Below are positions 13,941 through 27,744 of a stretch of DNA of 64,000 nucleotides, one piece after another. A program made the translations under genes and the position numbers. The stretch covers positions 5,022,001 through 5,086,000 of the forward strand of contig NC_089433.1 of assembly GCF_026210795.1 (NCBI RefSeq), written 5' to 3'. Under the pieces are notes generated by a model. That model was given only the letters and a program-made list of their open reading frames with translations. It was not told the DNA's origin and ran no database searches. Source of the stretch: Rhizophagus irregularis (lineage: Eukaryota). Positions within the stretch are counted from its first letter, which is position 1. Every line of letters begins with the position of its first letter.

Positions 13941-16285
13941 ATGTCTAATATATGGTCAGTTTTAAAATAATTGTAAATATACCATTGAGACAAGTTGGTA
14001 AAAAATGTGCACTTTCATATAATGTACAATATATTATATAACAAACATGTATCAAATTTTTATAAATTTCTTTATTCATTCTATAAAAATTACAAAAATT
14101 AAAATAATCCCATAAATTTCACATTTTTTCTCATTTTAGGGAATAGCTTAGAATAATTTACAATTAATCAACCATAAACATTTAAGAATTACCATAAAGA
14201 TGATTTATGTTTTAAATATTTGATTTGATATCAATTTATTGTACTAAATTATTATTTCTAATTAATACAAAAATAACTGTCATGTTACTAAATATCAATT
14301 TTCGCCTAAATTATCATATTTCCAAAGGTAGTAAAGTATAAGTATCATCATGCATTAGGTACTGAATATGGTATGTTAAAAGTTAAAAAAGTAAAATTGG
14401 TTAGCTACTCAAATTGCAGCAATTGTGTATGTTATCCTCCGTAGGTTCATAGGTCTTCAAACTCGTCTGAAGGTTTTTAATATCATCTTTAGAAAACATA
14501 ACTATTATTTAGACACAATATCTGTAAGTGATTTTAGAGAAAGAAACTATGATAAAATATATTTCAGATGAAAGTTTGAATATATATATACCTACTTTTA
14601 AAAATCTTTCTAAATGTATCGTTACTATCAGTGACTTGTTATGACGATATAGATACTTTGAAAAAAAAAGCAAAAAAAAATTGACTTATAAATGAAAATT
14701 ATGCAAAAATGATTGCGCGAAAAAGGTCTCATGAGTATTTATTAAAGAGGAAATTAATACTGCGCAATTTTTCGGTCGTACGTCATTTATACGCCTTTTA
14801 GAACGTTGTTATCTTGAGGTGAAGGTAATACGGTTGTTAACAAAGACTAATAAATAATAAGTTAAGCTCGATTGAATTATTGCATCATTATAATGAAAGA
14901 GTTATTTTTGATAGTATAAATGTGATGATAACTATCCATAATAAAAAAACGGGCTTTGTGATGTAAGATTTTCTAGACTTTTTAAGGAATCATAATAACT
15001 CTTTGCAGGTTAGGTTGTTAATGTCTTTTGTATTTGATATGACCGGAACACTTAACATATGTAATAAATATAAAGTGATCTACCAGTAATAAGAGTCGTA
15101 TGACATGCAAATTCTTGCCATTTTTCTAAATTATCTGCTAAAATGAAATTTTTAAAAATCTTTTTCAGTGGTTTTGTAAAAATAAAAAATGTGACATTAG
15201 AGAAAATAAATCAGAGTTTTCATAACGGAATCCATATTATTATTTCGTTCCGTTGGACAATCGCAGATGATCATCGAATTCTAACAAAGAACTCAAAAAT
15301 ATTATTGTTAGTCCATTTTTGATTGTTTAAAAATTAAGTTTACCGATATAGAATTCCATTATTAGAACGAGCCGCTGTATTACTAGAATTTCAACAACGA
15401 TTAAGATTACTTATCGAAAATCAACACGTTCTGCTCATATCATTTAAGTCATAAAAAAGTACAACCCATTTCGAAATTTCATATTACAAAGTTTTAAAAT
15501 AGTTTAGAATTGTCCCAAAAAAATGATTAATTTTCGGAGTTTTTTATATAATATTTTTTTTTCAAGATAAATCGAAATTTCATTTGTGTCTGAATACCTG
15601 CAATAACATAAAATTATCTCACAAATAAATTTATTTATTCTAATAAAAAAATAATAGTACATAAAAATTTGTATAATATGTCCGTTATTTTTTATGTTTA
15701 GAATATAATAATTTCGTAAAAAAAATTTTTTTTTTACCTGAAATCTTTTTTGACCAACGTTAATAATAAATAAAGACCACGTGACTTGCACGCAAAGATT
15801 TTCATTGATTATAAATTTTGTACTCACGTTATTAACCAAAAAAGTCAAAATTTTTGAATTATCTTTCTACTTTTAGTATGTAGTAATAATTATTTATTTA
15901 TTAAAAGAAACAACGCCTTTATATTAACTATTTCATTCTTTCCTACTCCATAATTTTTTACTTTGTTTTAATATATTAAGATATTTTGTTATGTTTATCA
16001 TTAGTTGTTAATTTTTGTTTTTATTTTTATTTGTCTTTTTTTAGACTTTATTTATAAAAAAAAAAAAGTTTAGCCATTCCGCAAACCACGTAAGGGCGAA
16101 AAATTAGTCATTGATCAGCGGAGCCGTAATGGGAAGATCAAGGCTGATCCATGATATATACCATTCTTATAAAAAAAAAAGAAAAAAATCACTAACTGGG
16201 GATTGTGGTATGGTTCTTCCCTTCTTGATATCTTGTCACTATAATATTCAAACACTTGATAATTTATTTATATAAAAAAGTTAAT

Positions 16286-17293
16286 ATGTCTTCTATACCA
16301 TTAGAAGGTAATGATTTAAACTTTCCGGAAATTCAACAACAGCAACAAGAACTTTATACACGAAAAAGTGTTTCAGTTCAAACAAAACCTTCTTTTGCTG
16401 AATTATTATCAAAAAGAAATATGAAGAGAGAACAAGTAAAATGTGCTTGTGGTAAATAGTACTTTACGCAACTTTATTTTTTCGTATATTTATTTTTTTG
16501 CTAAAATTATAACACTAATTTGTCATTTTTATGTAACGGTTACATTATTATTTCAAATGATTTTAGTTAACTGTAAGAAGTCATGCAAGAAATGTGATGA
16601 TGAAAGGCCCTGTCAACGCTGTATTAGGCTTAATATCGCCGAAACATGCAGAGATTCCATTAGAAAAGAGAGAAAATTAGGCAAAAAAGTGTTGATCGGC
16701 GAAGCTGGAATGAAAAGATCGAGATTGATTCGTGAAATATATCATTCTTCATCGTATGTAAATGTCAGTAGAAAAAATAATAAAAAATCAGTCATTAAGA
16801 ATCATGGTACTTTAAGCTTTTCTCTTTTTGACATTTCATTGCTACATATTTAAACACTTATCGTAATAATTAAACTAATGTTAGTACCACCAGAAGAAAT
16901 TAATTTGAATGCTCAAGAAAGTCAACCGCAACAGCAAGAACTTTCTAACCAGGAAAAAAATGAAGTTCAATCACAACCTTCCCTTATTTGGCCAACCACA
17001 GAAAGAACTACAAAGAGAGAACAAGTAAAGTGTGCTTGTGGTAAATAGAATTTTACTTATTAATCGTCATTGTAATGTTCTTTTTGACGGTAATTCGCAA
17101 TTTGACATTTTATTGTAATGGTTATTTATTTAATGTAGTTAACTGTCAAAAGTCGCGCAAAAAATGTGACGATAAAAGGCCTTGTCAACGTTGTATTGAT
17201 CTTAATATCACTGAAACATGCAAAGACTCTGCTCGAAAAGCGAGAAGAGCAACCAAAAGAGGTCCATATAAGCATCGTGTACAACAAAATTAA
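16286..17293 (+). CDS. Zn(II)2Cys6 transcription factor with two tandem binuclear clusters
   Basis: Spliced CAC|VNCKKSCKKCDDERPCQRC..ETC and CAC|VNCQKSRKKCDDKRPCQRC..ETC; intron at the same position (GTAAAT donor) in both modules. Confidence 0.85.
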
Positions 17294-18492
17294 AATATCC
17301 TAACAAAGTTTCTCTGCTTTAACGAGTTCTGTTTCTTCCGGTATTTTATCGTCTCTGATGGATAGATTGATGAACTGGTGCCGAAGATAATATCAGAATC
17401 CCAATCCATTAATGCAATTTTTTATTTCTTAACGCTAATTACATTATTTCTAAATGAAGATTTGAGTAATATAATTTCGTTGAATTTGTAAGTTTATATC
17501 GAATTTGTGAAAATCAAAAACGACGCCACCTTAGACAAGTTGACACAAAATCTTGTATTAATTGTACTCCTGCTTTGAAAATAAGTATTATAGGAATTCT
17601 AAAATCTGCTGAGATGAATTATTATTTATCTAAATGATATTTTCTAGATATGATTTTAATTGAATTTCGATTTTCTGATTTAGAATCAGTTTTTTCAGTA
17701 AAATTACTAAGTTCATAAGGTGGTGGATTTAGTCTTGATATGATTTATTAGTTTAATAATATTATTTATGATAATTTATGCATGTAATATTTGTTATTAA
17801 ATCTTATAAATTTTCTTTCTGACAAGTTTTCCCATTATTACTATTGTCCGGTTTGCACATAATTCCGATCAAAGTTATCATATTTTCGATCAAAATTGGT
17901 GCTATGTTCAGAAAAATAAATTTATCTGTGCTTGGCTAATAATGAAACATTCCGTAAAATGGGAAAAATTACGAATCTCACGTTAATGTTAAATCTATCG
18001 GAAATATTCTAATAATTAATTAATTAATTTCTACTATTTTCATATAAAATTCACTACATTTTTCGCAATTACAGACTTATTAACTGTGAATATTCTATTT
18101 TAAATAAAAGACATTATAAAATATATAAATTCATTTTTCAGTTATTTATAGCTAAAATTACAGTACTAGTTAATGAATTAAATAGAGCTAGAGCTTGTAT
18201 AGTAATTTGTTACAATCTGACTCATCTGTTATCCGTTCTGTAATCAATTCTAAAACAACACTTAAACCAAATATTTACATATTTATTTAAGACTGAAGTA
18301 AAAGAAAATGCTTGCAAAGGTAAATATGTGAGAATCTTATATCAAAAAAGTCATATAAGAATAAGGAATAAATTATTAAAATTAATAATTTTCAATCTAA
18401 TACTTCATTTATCTTTTCCTAAAAAAATTATTCAGGCCTTTAATAATATTTTTTCATCTCACTTCCGAACACAAAATCTTCAATCGCAGTTG

Positions 18493-20183
18493 ATGAGAAA
18501 CTCAAGACATGGAATACTTCGATTATCACCTTCAAGGTCATTTACGAACTCTACATCAAACTCTGCAAACTCCACAACTTCCACCAAAGCTTCTTCCAAA
18601 AAGTCTACTTTCTACTCTAACCTGAAAAATATTAAAAAACCTGTTGCAGTATGGCTTCCAGTAAAAGATTTTATTATTATTTAATATATATATTATTTTA
18701 GTCAAAAATTTATCATCATCATTTCATTATTTGTAGGCTACGAAATTAATTGTAGCTGGTATTGCTATTTTCTTGTCAGGAGATTTTGCAAATGCGTGGT
18801 ATCAGAATGAATATAATAAAAATCTTCTCAAAAATACCATTGAAAAAGGCACTCAACCTGTGACTGATATTTTAGATAATGAGTTCATTCCTCGACCTCT
18901 ACTTATAAAACGTTTCAAAGAAATTCTTCAACCAGATAAAGATCAATCATTTTATCACGTTATTTGTGGAGAAAAAGGAATCGGAAAAACAACATTAGCT
19001 ACAGTTGCATCAAGAGAAGTTGGACAGGGTGTCATATATGTTGATGTCCCAGAAAATTTTGAATTCTTTGGTGAATCTTTTGGAAAGGCTATTAATTTTA
19101 CATTTAAGGAAAAAATTTCTTTATTAACACGACTAAAACGGAAATTCTTGAGTGAAACTCAAGGTAATATTTTGATTATTGCTTGTATCATTGATTAATA
19201 TTTACTATACAATTATGATTTTAACACAATTTTATTTTGATAGAAAAAGAAAATATGAATCTTCCAAAATGGATGAGAGCTAAGAGAGCCTTTGAGGATG
19301 TCGCTCAATCATACAAAGTAAATCACAATAAACCTTCCGTTATAATTTTTGATAATGTTGACCGATTGAAAAATCATCCAGAAATTATTGATAGTCTACA
19401 GGATTCTGCTATGAAAAATGCCAAACAAAACAAATACATTACCGTATTTATTAGCACAAAAGGTCCTATCCTCGAAAGAATGGAATGTAAGTGTGAAGGT
19501 CATTTGTACTCTTGATAAAATAGAATTATTACATAATCTGATTCTCATTTTTAGCACGTGGTACTTTGTCACAAGTACTTGAAAAACTGGAAATTGGTGA
19601 TCTTAGCGAAAGTGAATCAAAAGATTATTTGATTAAGAAATGCACAGCTGAAAATTTACAATTTGAAGAGACCACAAGAAAATGTATGATCAATGATGAT
19701 GAAGTAAATAAATTATATAAACTTGCCGGTGGTCGTATTTTGGATTTAAAGAGAGAGGTGAATAAATTTCTGCATGGAAAAATTTTTGAAGGTAGGAATT
19801 AGATTCAGATATATTACATCAAAATTCTTTTTATAAATATTTTATTGGATTAAATTCCTTTTTTTTTTTCTACAGAAACTAAAAAGGAAGTAATGGATAA
19901 TGTTGAAAATGAAGTTAAAGCTGCGCACCTATTCCCAAATCAGAAATACTATAAAATAGGAAAACCTATCATCAAAACTTTATTGAATTCGAAAGAGATG
20001 CACTATCTTGATTTTAGGAGTGCTTTCTACACGATAGGGGATGTTGAAAAAGTATTAGAAGAAGTATTAGCATGCAATGTATTTGAATATCATCCAGGGA
20101 AACACATCGTGACATTTAAGTCTCCGTCAGTAGAATACTATTTTAAGGAAAAGTCTGATGTATTCATTAAAAATTATGTGTAA
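18493..20183 (+). CDS. P-loop ATPase (AAA_16/archaeal-ATPase-like) with Ser/Arg-rich N-terminal leader and one hydrophobic helix
   Basis: Walker A GEKGIGKTT, Walker B VIIFDNVD, LAGGRILDL; ORFs 18773, 19237, 19566, 19893 joined by GT-AG introns. Confidence 0.85.
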
Positions 20184-20713
20184 TGTGTAATAAAATAGGT
20201 TTATTATCATATAACAATATAATGGAACAAGTCTTAAGAAAGAAATGTATGTTCAGATTCAGATTTTTGCTTGCCAAAGATAACCACTAATTTAATTAAT
20301 ATCACATGATCCTAACAAGTTAGTTTCAATTTGAAATTTTGAGTTTAAAAATCATACAGGCATACCTTTTCCTTTATCGGTCGTGGTTTAGGATCAGTCT
20401 ATACTGTATATCTAGAAGTTAGGGACCGTTATTTAATGGGTGATAGATTAAATGTAGGACAAGATCTTTGTATAGATTAAATGTTCTCTTAGATAGTCTT
20501 TCCTGCTTCACATAAAATAAATTAATAAATAAAAAAAAATCATACAGGCATAAATAACTATTTATGTAATTATGTCATCTATCACTCCAAACAAAATCAA
20601 AGAAAATAATGATACAGAATCAAAAAGAAATGAAAATTTCACACGTCATGGAATTTAATTTCAGCAAAAGTTAAATTATAAATTTGGAAATACTAACACT
20701 CTTCATATAGGGA

Positions 20714-21345
20714 TGTAGCAAGCTCCGATCCGTCTTCGTCATCAATGTGCACACACTTAATCACGTGATACAAATAACTGCCTTACTGTGTGACTCATTA
20801 TAATCATGAATACATTTAATAGTTTGTTTTATACTCGAGTATAGCTACTCTCACACTTGTTCCTTCATTTTTTGTTGTCTCTCATCCTTTCCTCCTCTAC
20901 CTTCTCACTTTTATCATCTCTCCTCTTCTCACTCTTGTTCCTTCCCTTCTTCCCTCCATTATTTCACTTCCTCTCTTCAACTCGTCTGTATAATTGTCTA
21001 AAGAAATATTATAGGTATTCTCAGGTGGTCTTCCGGGCACTTTGTTGGAGCAGCATGATGCTATGCACGGGTGGGAGCATAGCATACTTACTTTGTAAGC
21101 CTGTGAGTACCAGCTTTTTCTGCAGTCTCGCAGTAGGGCTGGCTGGGAAATCTTTGGAGCGGTATAGTACTATGCAAAGGGTTGGAGCATAGGCGCTTAC
21201 TTTTAGTAAGCTCGTGAGTACCAGCTTGCTGCAGTCTCGCGATAGGACCGGTTGGTTGTGGTACGGCATGGTGCTATGCGTAATTTTCATGGGAGGAGCA
21301 TAGTGCACTTCTTAGGAAGTCCCTTTGTGGTAGGGCCGTAGTACA
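20714..21345. mobile_element. GC-enriched non-coding insert, possible solo LTR
   Basis: TGTA...TACA ends, GC clearly above flanks, internal repeat GTGAGTACCAGCTT..CTGCAGTCTCGC; no TSD found. Confidence 0.35.
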
Positions 21346-22542
21346 TTGTCATTAATTTCAAATGCAATTAATAAAAATTTCTGATTTTTATAAACAGTTA
21401 TCTTTTTTATTATAAATTTTTTATTTAAGAATAATTATTTTGTTTTCTTTATGAATCAGGAAGGACTTAATTCATTATTAAAAATGAAGTATTAACTTGT
21501 ACATACACTATACGATCAATTTAATTGTCCATTAATAATGTTTATTAAAGTCATATAATTTTTTTTAGCTATGATACGATGCATCATGAATCATATTTAA
21601 TTTTCAATTTCATTTTAAAAATTTGTTATTTCAAAAGTGAATAAATTTAATACTATAATCCATGATAATTGTTTGTTCAGTAGGGTGGTGTGGGATTTTG
21701 ATGTAATAATTAATAATGATTATGTATTTCAGATTTGCTTTAGTTGATAAGTTATCTTTCTTTCGCTAAATAATTTCTTTGAAAATTCAAAATTTGACAC
21801 ATATAATAAGTTATCTTATTGCTCATAAAGCTTTAATCGAGCTTCTATTATATACAGTAGTACTTGGTTTACATGTACTATACATTACTAGGTTTTAATT
21901 TCTAAACACTATATTCTTTTAAAACTTGAATGCTTCAGAAAAGAAGATTTCAATTAGATTACAGCAAACATTATAGAATAGCAATTAGTACTTGTCAAGT
22001 CAAGGTAGATGGATGTGAGTCTGAACTTGCAACTAAAATGCTTGAATTGCAGGCTGTCAAAGCTAAATATGGCATGTATAAACAGCATCTAGATAATACA
22101 GACATGATTAATCATCTAAGTGAGAGTTACGTGAAGATAGTTTTTATTAATTTTATTGATATTTTCTTTAAGAAATTTTGTGCACAATAGTGCACATTAA
22201 ATTTTAAAAATTGTGCACATAAAAATTAAAATGTGCACATGAATTTTACACACTGGACTGTTTTATATAAGTATTAAAATAATAATAATAATTTTAAGGT
22301 AAGATATAATAATTAAACGTAATAATCTAAAAATGAATCCCTGAAAATAATGAGTGGAAAGATTCTTTATATACTAAATGTTTTAATGAAAAAAAAATAT
22401 TTAAAGCAGTATATAATCAAATTTAATCTAAATATAAATTAAGTGGGGAGAATTTTTTTGTATAAGTATAATTAAGGTAAATTAAAAAGAAAGTTAAAAT
22501 TATTAAAAAATATAATATTAAATAGAATATTTTTTATAAAAA

Positions 22543-24420
22543 TTAATTAATCTTAATATATCTATAATTAGTAGTTAATTTTTCATCAACGGATTTCCAT
22601 ATTATTCGACGAAATCCTATTACTACAATAACAAATCCTATCAACTTATTAAGATTTGAATTAATTATCTTAATTCGTTCATCACATACTCCTGTGGAAT
22701 ATTTATTTGCCTGTCCTTTTGCAATTATTCTCATGTACCTTTCTAATTGCTTTGCTCCATTGTTTAATATATCATTTATAGTTGTGCAAATATATTTATT
22801 AGTTTTTTTATCATAATATCTATATTGTCTTCTTAACAATATATCTTCATCTTCTCTTTCAATTACTTTATCTAATTCTCCCAATTCATTTGTATCAAAA
22901 TCTTTTCCATCAGTATTACTCACTAACCCAGTTAGTGGAATATATTTTAATTCAATATTTGTATAGCATTCTCCTAGAACAAAAACATCAAGGAAACCAA
23001 ATTTACCATTTCCCTTATTTACTGCAGTATTCATTATTAAGCAAAGTTCAGGAACACGATATCTTGATGGTAAAAGAAGTTCTATAGTTACTTGAAGAAC
23101 TGATTCATTTGCTGAATATAATGACCTTCGTGACCTTGTTAATAATGTTTCCTTTAGAAGTTTAATGAAGCTGATGATATTACCTGAAACAAGATCTTTA
23201 TATGCCAAACCAATATAATCTTCATTTTGTCTTTGTCTCTTTTTAAGGTCTAATAAATTAATATTTTAATGTATAATAAGTTAATGAATCATATAAAAAA
23301 GTAATGCCATTTAATGCTAAAAGTAATGCAATTTAATGATAATAATACTTACTAATAAATGGATCATCACCTGTAACTTCTTCATTATTTCTTTTAATGT
23401 TCTTATTAATTTTTTCGTGAGAAGTTTCAGGATTTTCATTTTGCTTTGACAAATAATAATCCTCATTTTGGTTTTGCTTCTCTTTAAGTTCTAATAAATT
23501 AATATTTGGATATAATAAAATTGGTAAATAATATAAATATAAAATATTGAGATGATTTAATGATAATATAACTTACCAATAAGTAAATTAGATGTATTAT
23601 CATCATCATTTTTTTTAATACTCTTATTAATTTTTTTGTTATCAACTTGAGAAGGTTGAGGAGGATCTTCAGTAAGTAATTTAGCCTTAGGTGTTAAATT
23701 CTGTTTTTCATGTTCTTTGATTATGATTTTCCAAAATGATTTGAATTCATTCTTATACTCCAAGCGTTCTATATTTAGCTATTATTAGTAAGAAAGCATT
23801 ATTAGCAGTGTGTAAACTTTTTATTTAGTAGTAAAAGAAGGTACATAGTCAATTTCTCCTCCAAAATTAACAGACTTTTACCAACGACAAAGAAAGGATG
23901 CCTGAATATCGAGCTATGGAGTGGTTACTACCAAGCGTCTCCAAACAGTAATTCTCAGAAGCCGAAGCACATGGTCACAAAAATCTCAGTAACCTTGTCA
24001 TCTTTACATATAGCTCCATAATAGCATATGTTCAAACTCAATCCTGGCTATTGTGCATGTGGCTCGTCTTAAGAGTTACCCCATCTTTGCAAAATAGAAA
24101 AAATACACACCTTTTGTTTTAATGTTTCAATAACTTCTTGTTGATCTGTAAAAATCTTTTCTACTTCTCTTATGTAATTACTAGCCCAGGCATTTTCAAG
24201 ATCATGCCACTTGAGATCTGAAGTTACTGAGGCAACAACAACATTTTTATGTAGAATTAAGAACCTACGATATGATTTATTGCTTTTCTTTTTTAAATAA
24301 GAGATTAGAGCTAAAAGCCAAAGATTTAGTTAGTAAAAATGCCGAATAAGAAAAAAAATTACTATAAAAATGAAATATTGTTTATATAAACTTACTATCT
24401 TGTCCAGGATATGAATTCAT
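22543..24420 (-). CDS. Crinkler-like modular protein: helical N-terminal header plus C-terminal PD-(D/E)XK nuclease (DUF1703/PDDEXK_9-like)
   Basis: Five exons; first three checked in frame (MNSYPGQD|TLISYLKKKSNKSYRRFL..WASNYIRE..KQK|LNIER); last exon has ESVLQ, GFLDVFV, IELKY, GAKQLERY. Confidence 0.78.
23779..24110 (-). ncRNA. Spliceosomal intron carrying a conserved structured RNA element (copy 1)
   Basis: GTGTGT..AATAG intron; blocks shared with 31107-31335; hairpin GTTAATTT-TGGAGGAG-AAATTGAC (plus 23848-23871). Confidence 0.6.
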
Positions 24421-24619
24421 GTTGAAAATTTGAGAGTTTTCAGAAAATTATTTATTTTGAGAGTTTCAGAGAATTTTAGAGGGCTTTTAAATAAAAGAAA
24501 AGTTCTTGATTCATATTGTGTCAATCTGACACATTATTTCTATTATTGACATGAAGAATAGAAGGAATAATTAAAAATAATGAGGTTTCTCTTTAATCTA
24601 TCTACATGTCTAATTTTAA

Positions 24620-25120
24620 GTCATAATGATATAACTTTAACTTTATATTTTATTATTTAAATTAATAATACTATAATAATTTATATATTGTAATTATGAC
24701 AGTTAATTTATATTGTTGTGCTCATGTAAAACACAGATACAGTAAGAGTTCATAATGATTAGAATATATAACTTTAACTTAATTATTTTATTATTTAGAT
24801 TAAAAATACTATAATAATTTGGATGTTGTAATTATGACAGTTAATCTATATTGTTATGCTCATGTAAGACACATATACAGTAAGAATTAAAGAATTAATG
24901 ATTAAAATATATAACTTTAACTTAATATTTTATCATTTAGATTAATAATACTATAATAATTTGTATGTTGTAATTATGACAGTTAATTTATATTGTAATG
25001 CTCATGTAAGTCACAGATACAGTAAGAATTAATGATTAATATATATTTGTATGTAGTAATTATGACAGTTAATTTATATTGTTATGTTCATGTAAAACAC
25101 AGATATAATGATTAAAATAT
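24620..25120. repeat. Tandem repeat, ~140-bp unit, about 3.5 copies
   Basis: GTAATTATGACAGTTAAT recurs near 24690, 24828, 24970, 25056. Confidence 0.88.
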
Positions 25121-25275
25121 ATTTTAATTATAATATTAGGCGGCGAACATAAACTTTCTTCATCACCTTTTATACTTCCTTGGTTTCTTTAGAATACAAT
25201 TTAATTAATTATGTTTAATATCTTTAAAGATGGATTACTATATCTTTAGAATATAATTTAAGAATTTTTCTAACT

Positions 25276-25391
25276 ATCACCGGGGGTGATGATCACCGGT
25301 GACTGAAATTACGACGATCGACCAGCATTAAAAAACATAGTGCCGGTAAAAATTGATAATTCCGGCCAACGGTGATGATTACCCCGGTGAT
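25276..25391. repeat. GC-rich short inverted repeat (mini foldback)
   Basis: ATCACCGGGGGTGATGATCACCG versus CGGTGATGATTACCCCGGTGAT. Confidence 0.65.
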
Positions 25392-27284
25392 TTGAAGTAA
25401 AAATCATAATTTAATTAATTTAATTAATTATATTATTAATTATGTTTAAAGATGTATTACTGTATTAATTAGTACAATTATTAAAAGTCAATATTGTTGC
25501 TTGCGTAATCATGTTTTTCCTGAAAGTTCTAGCATATATTTTTTTATTACGCAACTTTAAATCATTAGTAAAAATGTAAAAAATATTTTTTCTTGGTTAA
25601 TAAATCATTTATCCGATTTGGTGACGATTTATTAAAGTTTTATTAGACAAATTAAATAATATCTCAACAATATCAAATTGATATCGCAGTGATATTGTTA
25701 ATGATATCGTTAAGATTATCTTAACGACCTTGTTTTGATATTCACAATAATTTACTATTGAAGATTATCAAAATTGAAACTACTTAACTACTTAGAAAAT
25801 GATTAGAAACATGTGATGATGAAATAATAAAAAATTTTAAACATTTGTCGTATTGAAAATCACCTAGAAAAAAAAAGAATTGTTAATAACAATTCGTTAA
25901 AATAAAAAATTTTCATGAAGAGAACTAGTCTGGAACCCATAAATCTGGTGTTCTCTAAAAAAAAGGAATTAAAGAATGTTAGAAACTAACATTGTTAACA
26001 AAAATTTAAAAAAAAATAAAATCCCTCTTCCCCAGCGTATCTTGCATCTACTTTGTTTTAACAGGTCCAGGGAGGTTACTCTAAACAATCCATTCACAAT
26101 CCCTAATAGTTAATAATATCAACCATCGTAAATTTAAGTTACAAGTAATATTATAAATTTGGTATTTAACAATGAAATTTTAAACTTAAATAATATCAAT
26201 AATTTAGAAAAAAAGAAAAAAAGAATTAGTCAATGTAAAAGCATTAAAGAATTGAGTGGCAAATTTTTAGGTTGTTCTTTTGGCTCTTAATTTTGGTGAG
26301 TTGGTTTTTTTAATTGCTCTTATTTAACGAACTATTAACAGTTCATTTTCCTTTCTGGGTCATGAGATATTGATAAAGTAATTTTATTTTTTTTCTTTTA
26401 ACAATTTTAATGAATATTACTAACAATTCATTTTTCAGTTTTTCTTGTAGATTTTGCCAATTTTCTCTGGAAGTGAAACTTGTCCAAAGCTGCAGAAACT
26501 AGTGTCTGAAATATCTGAGTCAGATCTGCAATCTTTAGTATTTTTCTTTTATTATAACTCGCTGAAATACATTTTGATAATTACATTTACTATCTGTAAT
26601 ATGCCCTAAACTACTTTATCAATTCCTATTTCTATAACTATATATATGATTTATTTTTTTTATCTAACCTAGCATGCTTATTTTGCACATTTTTGTCTTC
26701 CTTTTCCTTCTTTTATGAAGTCTTGTATGTCAAACAGCTTTGCATTCCATCCCACTAACCACTCTCCAACCATCTTAATTTTCCTTATCCCAGTTTCCTT
26801 TTCTATTTTTTCTTTTAGCAGCCTCTTTCTTCTTTTCTCAACTCATTAATTACCTCCACTACCTTCTTCAGAGTTGTATATTCATTAATTTTTGTTTATT
26901 GGATAGACGTGTTGTTAAATTTATTCAATTTAATTATGTATATTGAATTTTATTTTTATATATATTTTTTTTTATTATTTTTTATTTATTTTTTGTGTAT
27001 CCGAAAACAAGTTTAGAAACTTTTTTGAAAAGTAAGTTTTGGAATTTTTTCTTGTAAAAAATTTGCATTTTTTTCGTTAAGAACGTATACTGACACTCTT
27101 TTTAATTTTTTTATAAAAAGTATGGCTCTCTGGTTCTTTTAAGTTTCAAGAAGAAATGGACATAAGGTATGCCAATAAAAGAATATTTTTATATGAATGT
27201 TTACTAATATTCTTCTCTATCTTTTTTCTAGGGGTTAGTAGACAGGAAAAAGTATTGGTTTAGAAATTTTTCTTTCCTATAATA

Positions 27285-27400
27285 TAGGAACTATTAAATG
27301 ACACCACTTCTTATTAACTAAAGAATTGTCCGCTCATAATTCATTGAAAATAAGAATTAAAAATCAATACCTAATTTTATTAAAATTTTAGTTTATTCAT
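27285..27400 (-). pseudogene. F-box N-terminal fragment
   Basis: Reverse strand LILIFNEL*AD..LVNKKWCHLIVPIL, homologous to the start of 27745-29169. Confidence 0.6.
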
Positions 27401-27744
27401 AAAAGAGAACAAAAATTTGGAAATAAATTTTATGACACCTACTACGTAATTCGTGAATATTTGACTAATAAAATTTAAGGACGTATGTCATTTTGTTATT
27501 CATACCCACTAAGGAAAATTTGGCCAAGCAATATCATGTGTCAGTGCATAATGTTGGCCAGAGTGGTACAAATAACAAAAATGTGGTACGAATGACTATC
27601 GCCAACTCTTTTTCCTATAATATGAATCCTCTGGTTTTCATCTCAAATTTTTTATAAGAATATGGGAGGTATTTAACAAATTGCCTGATTCATTTAATAT
27701 AAAGCGTAATATCTTTAATTAGGTATATGACAGAAAATTTGAGC

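Noticed and set aside
23779..24110. TPP riboswitch, group I intron or snoRNA identity for the intronic element
   Set aside because: CTGAGA is present but the TPP GATCTGGATAATACCAGCG core is not; group I P/Q/R/S-like words are incomplete and inconsistent between copies; no clear C/D or H/ACA boxes
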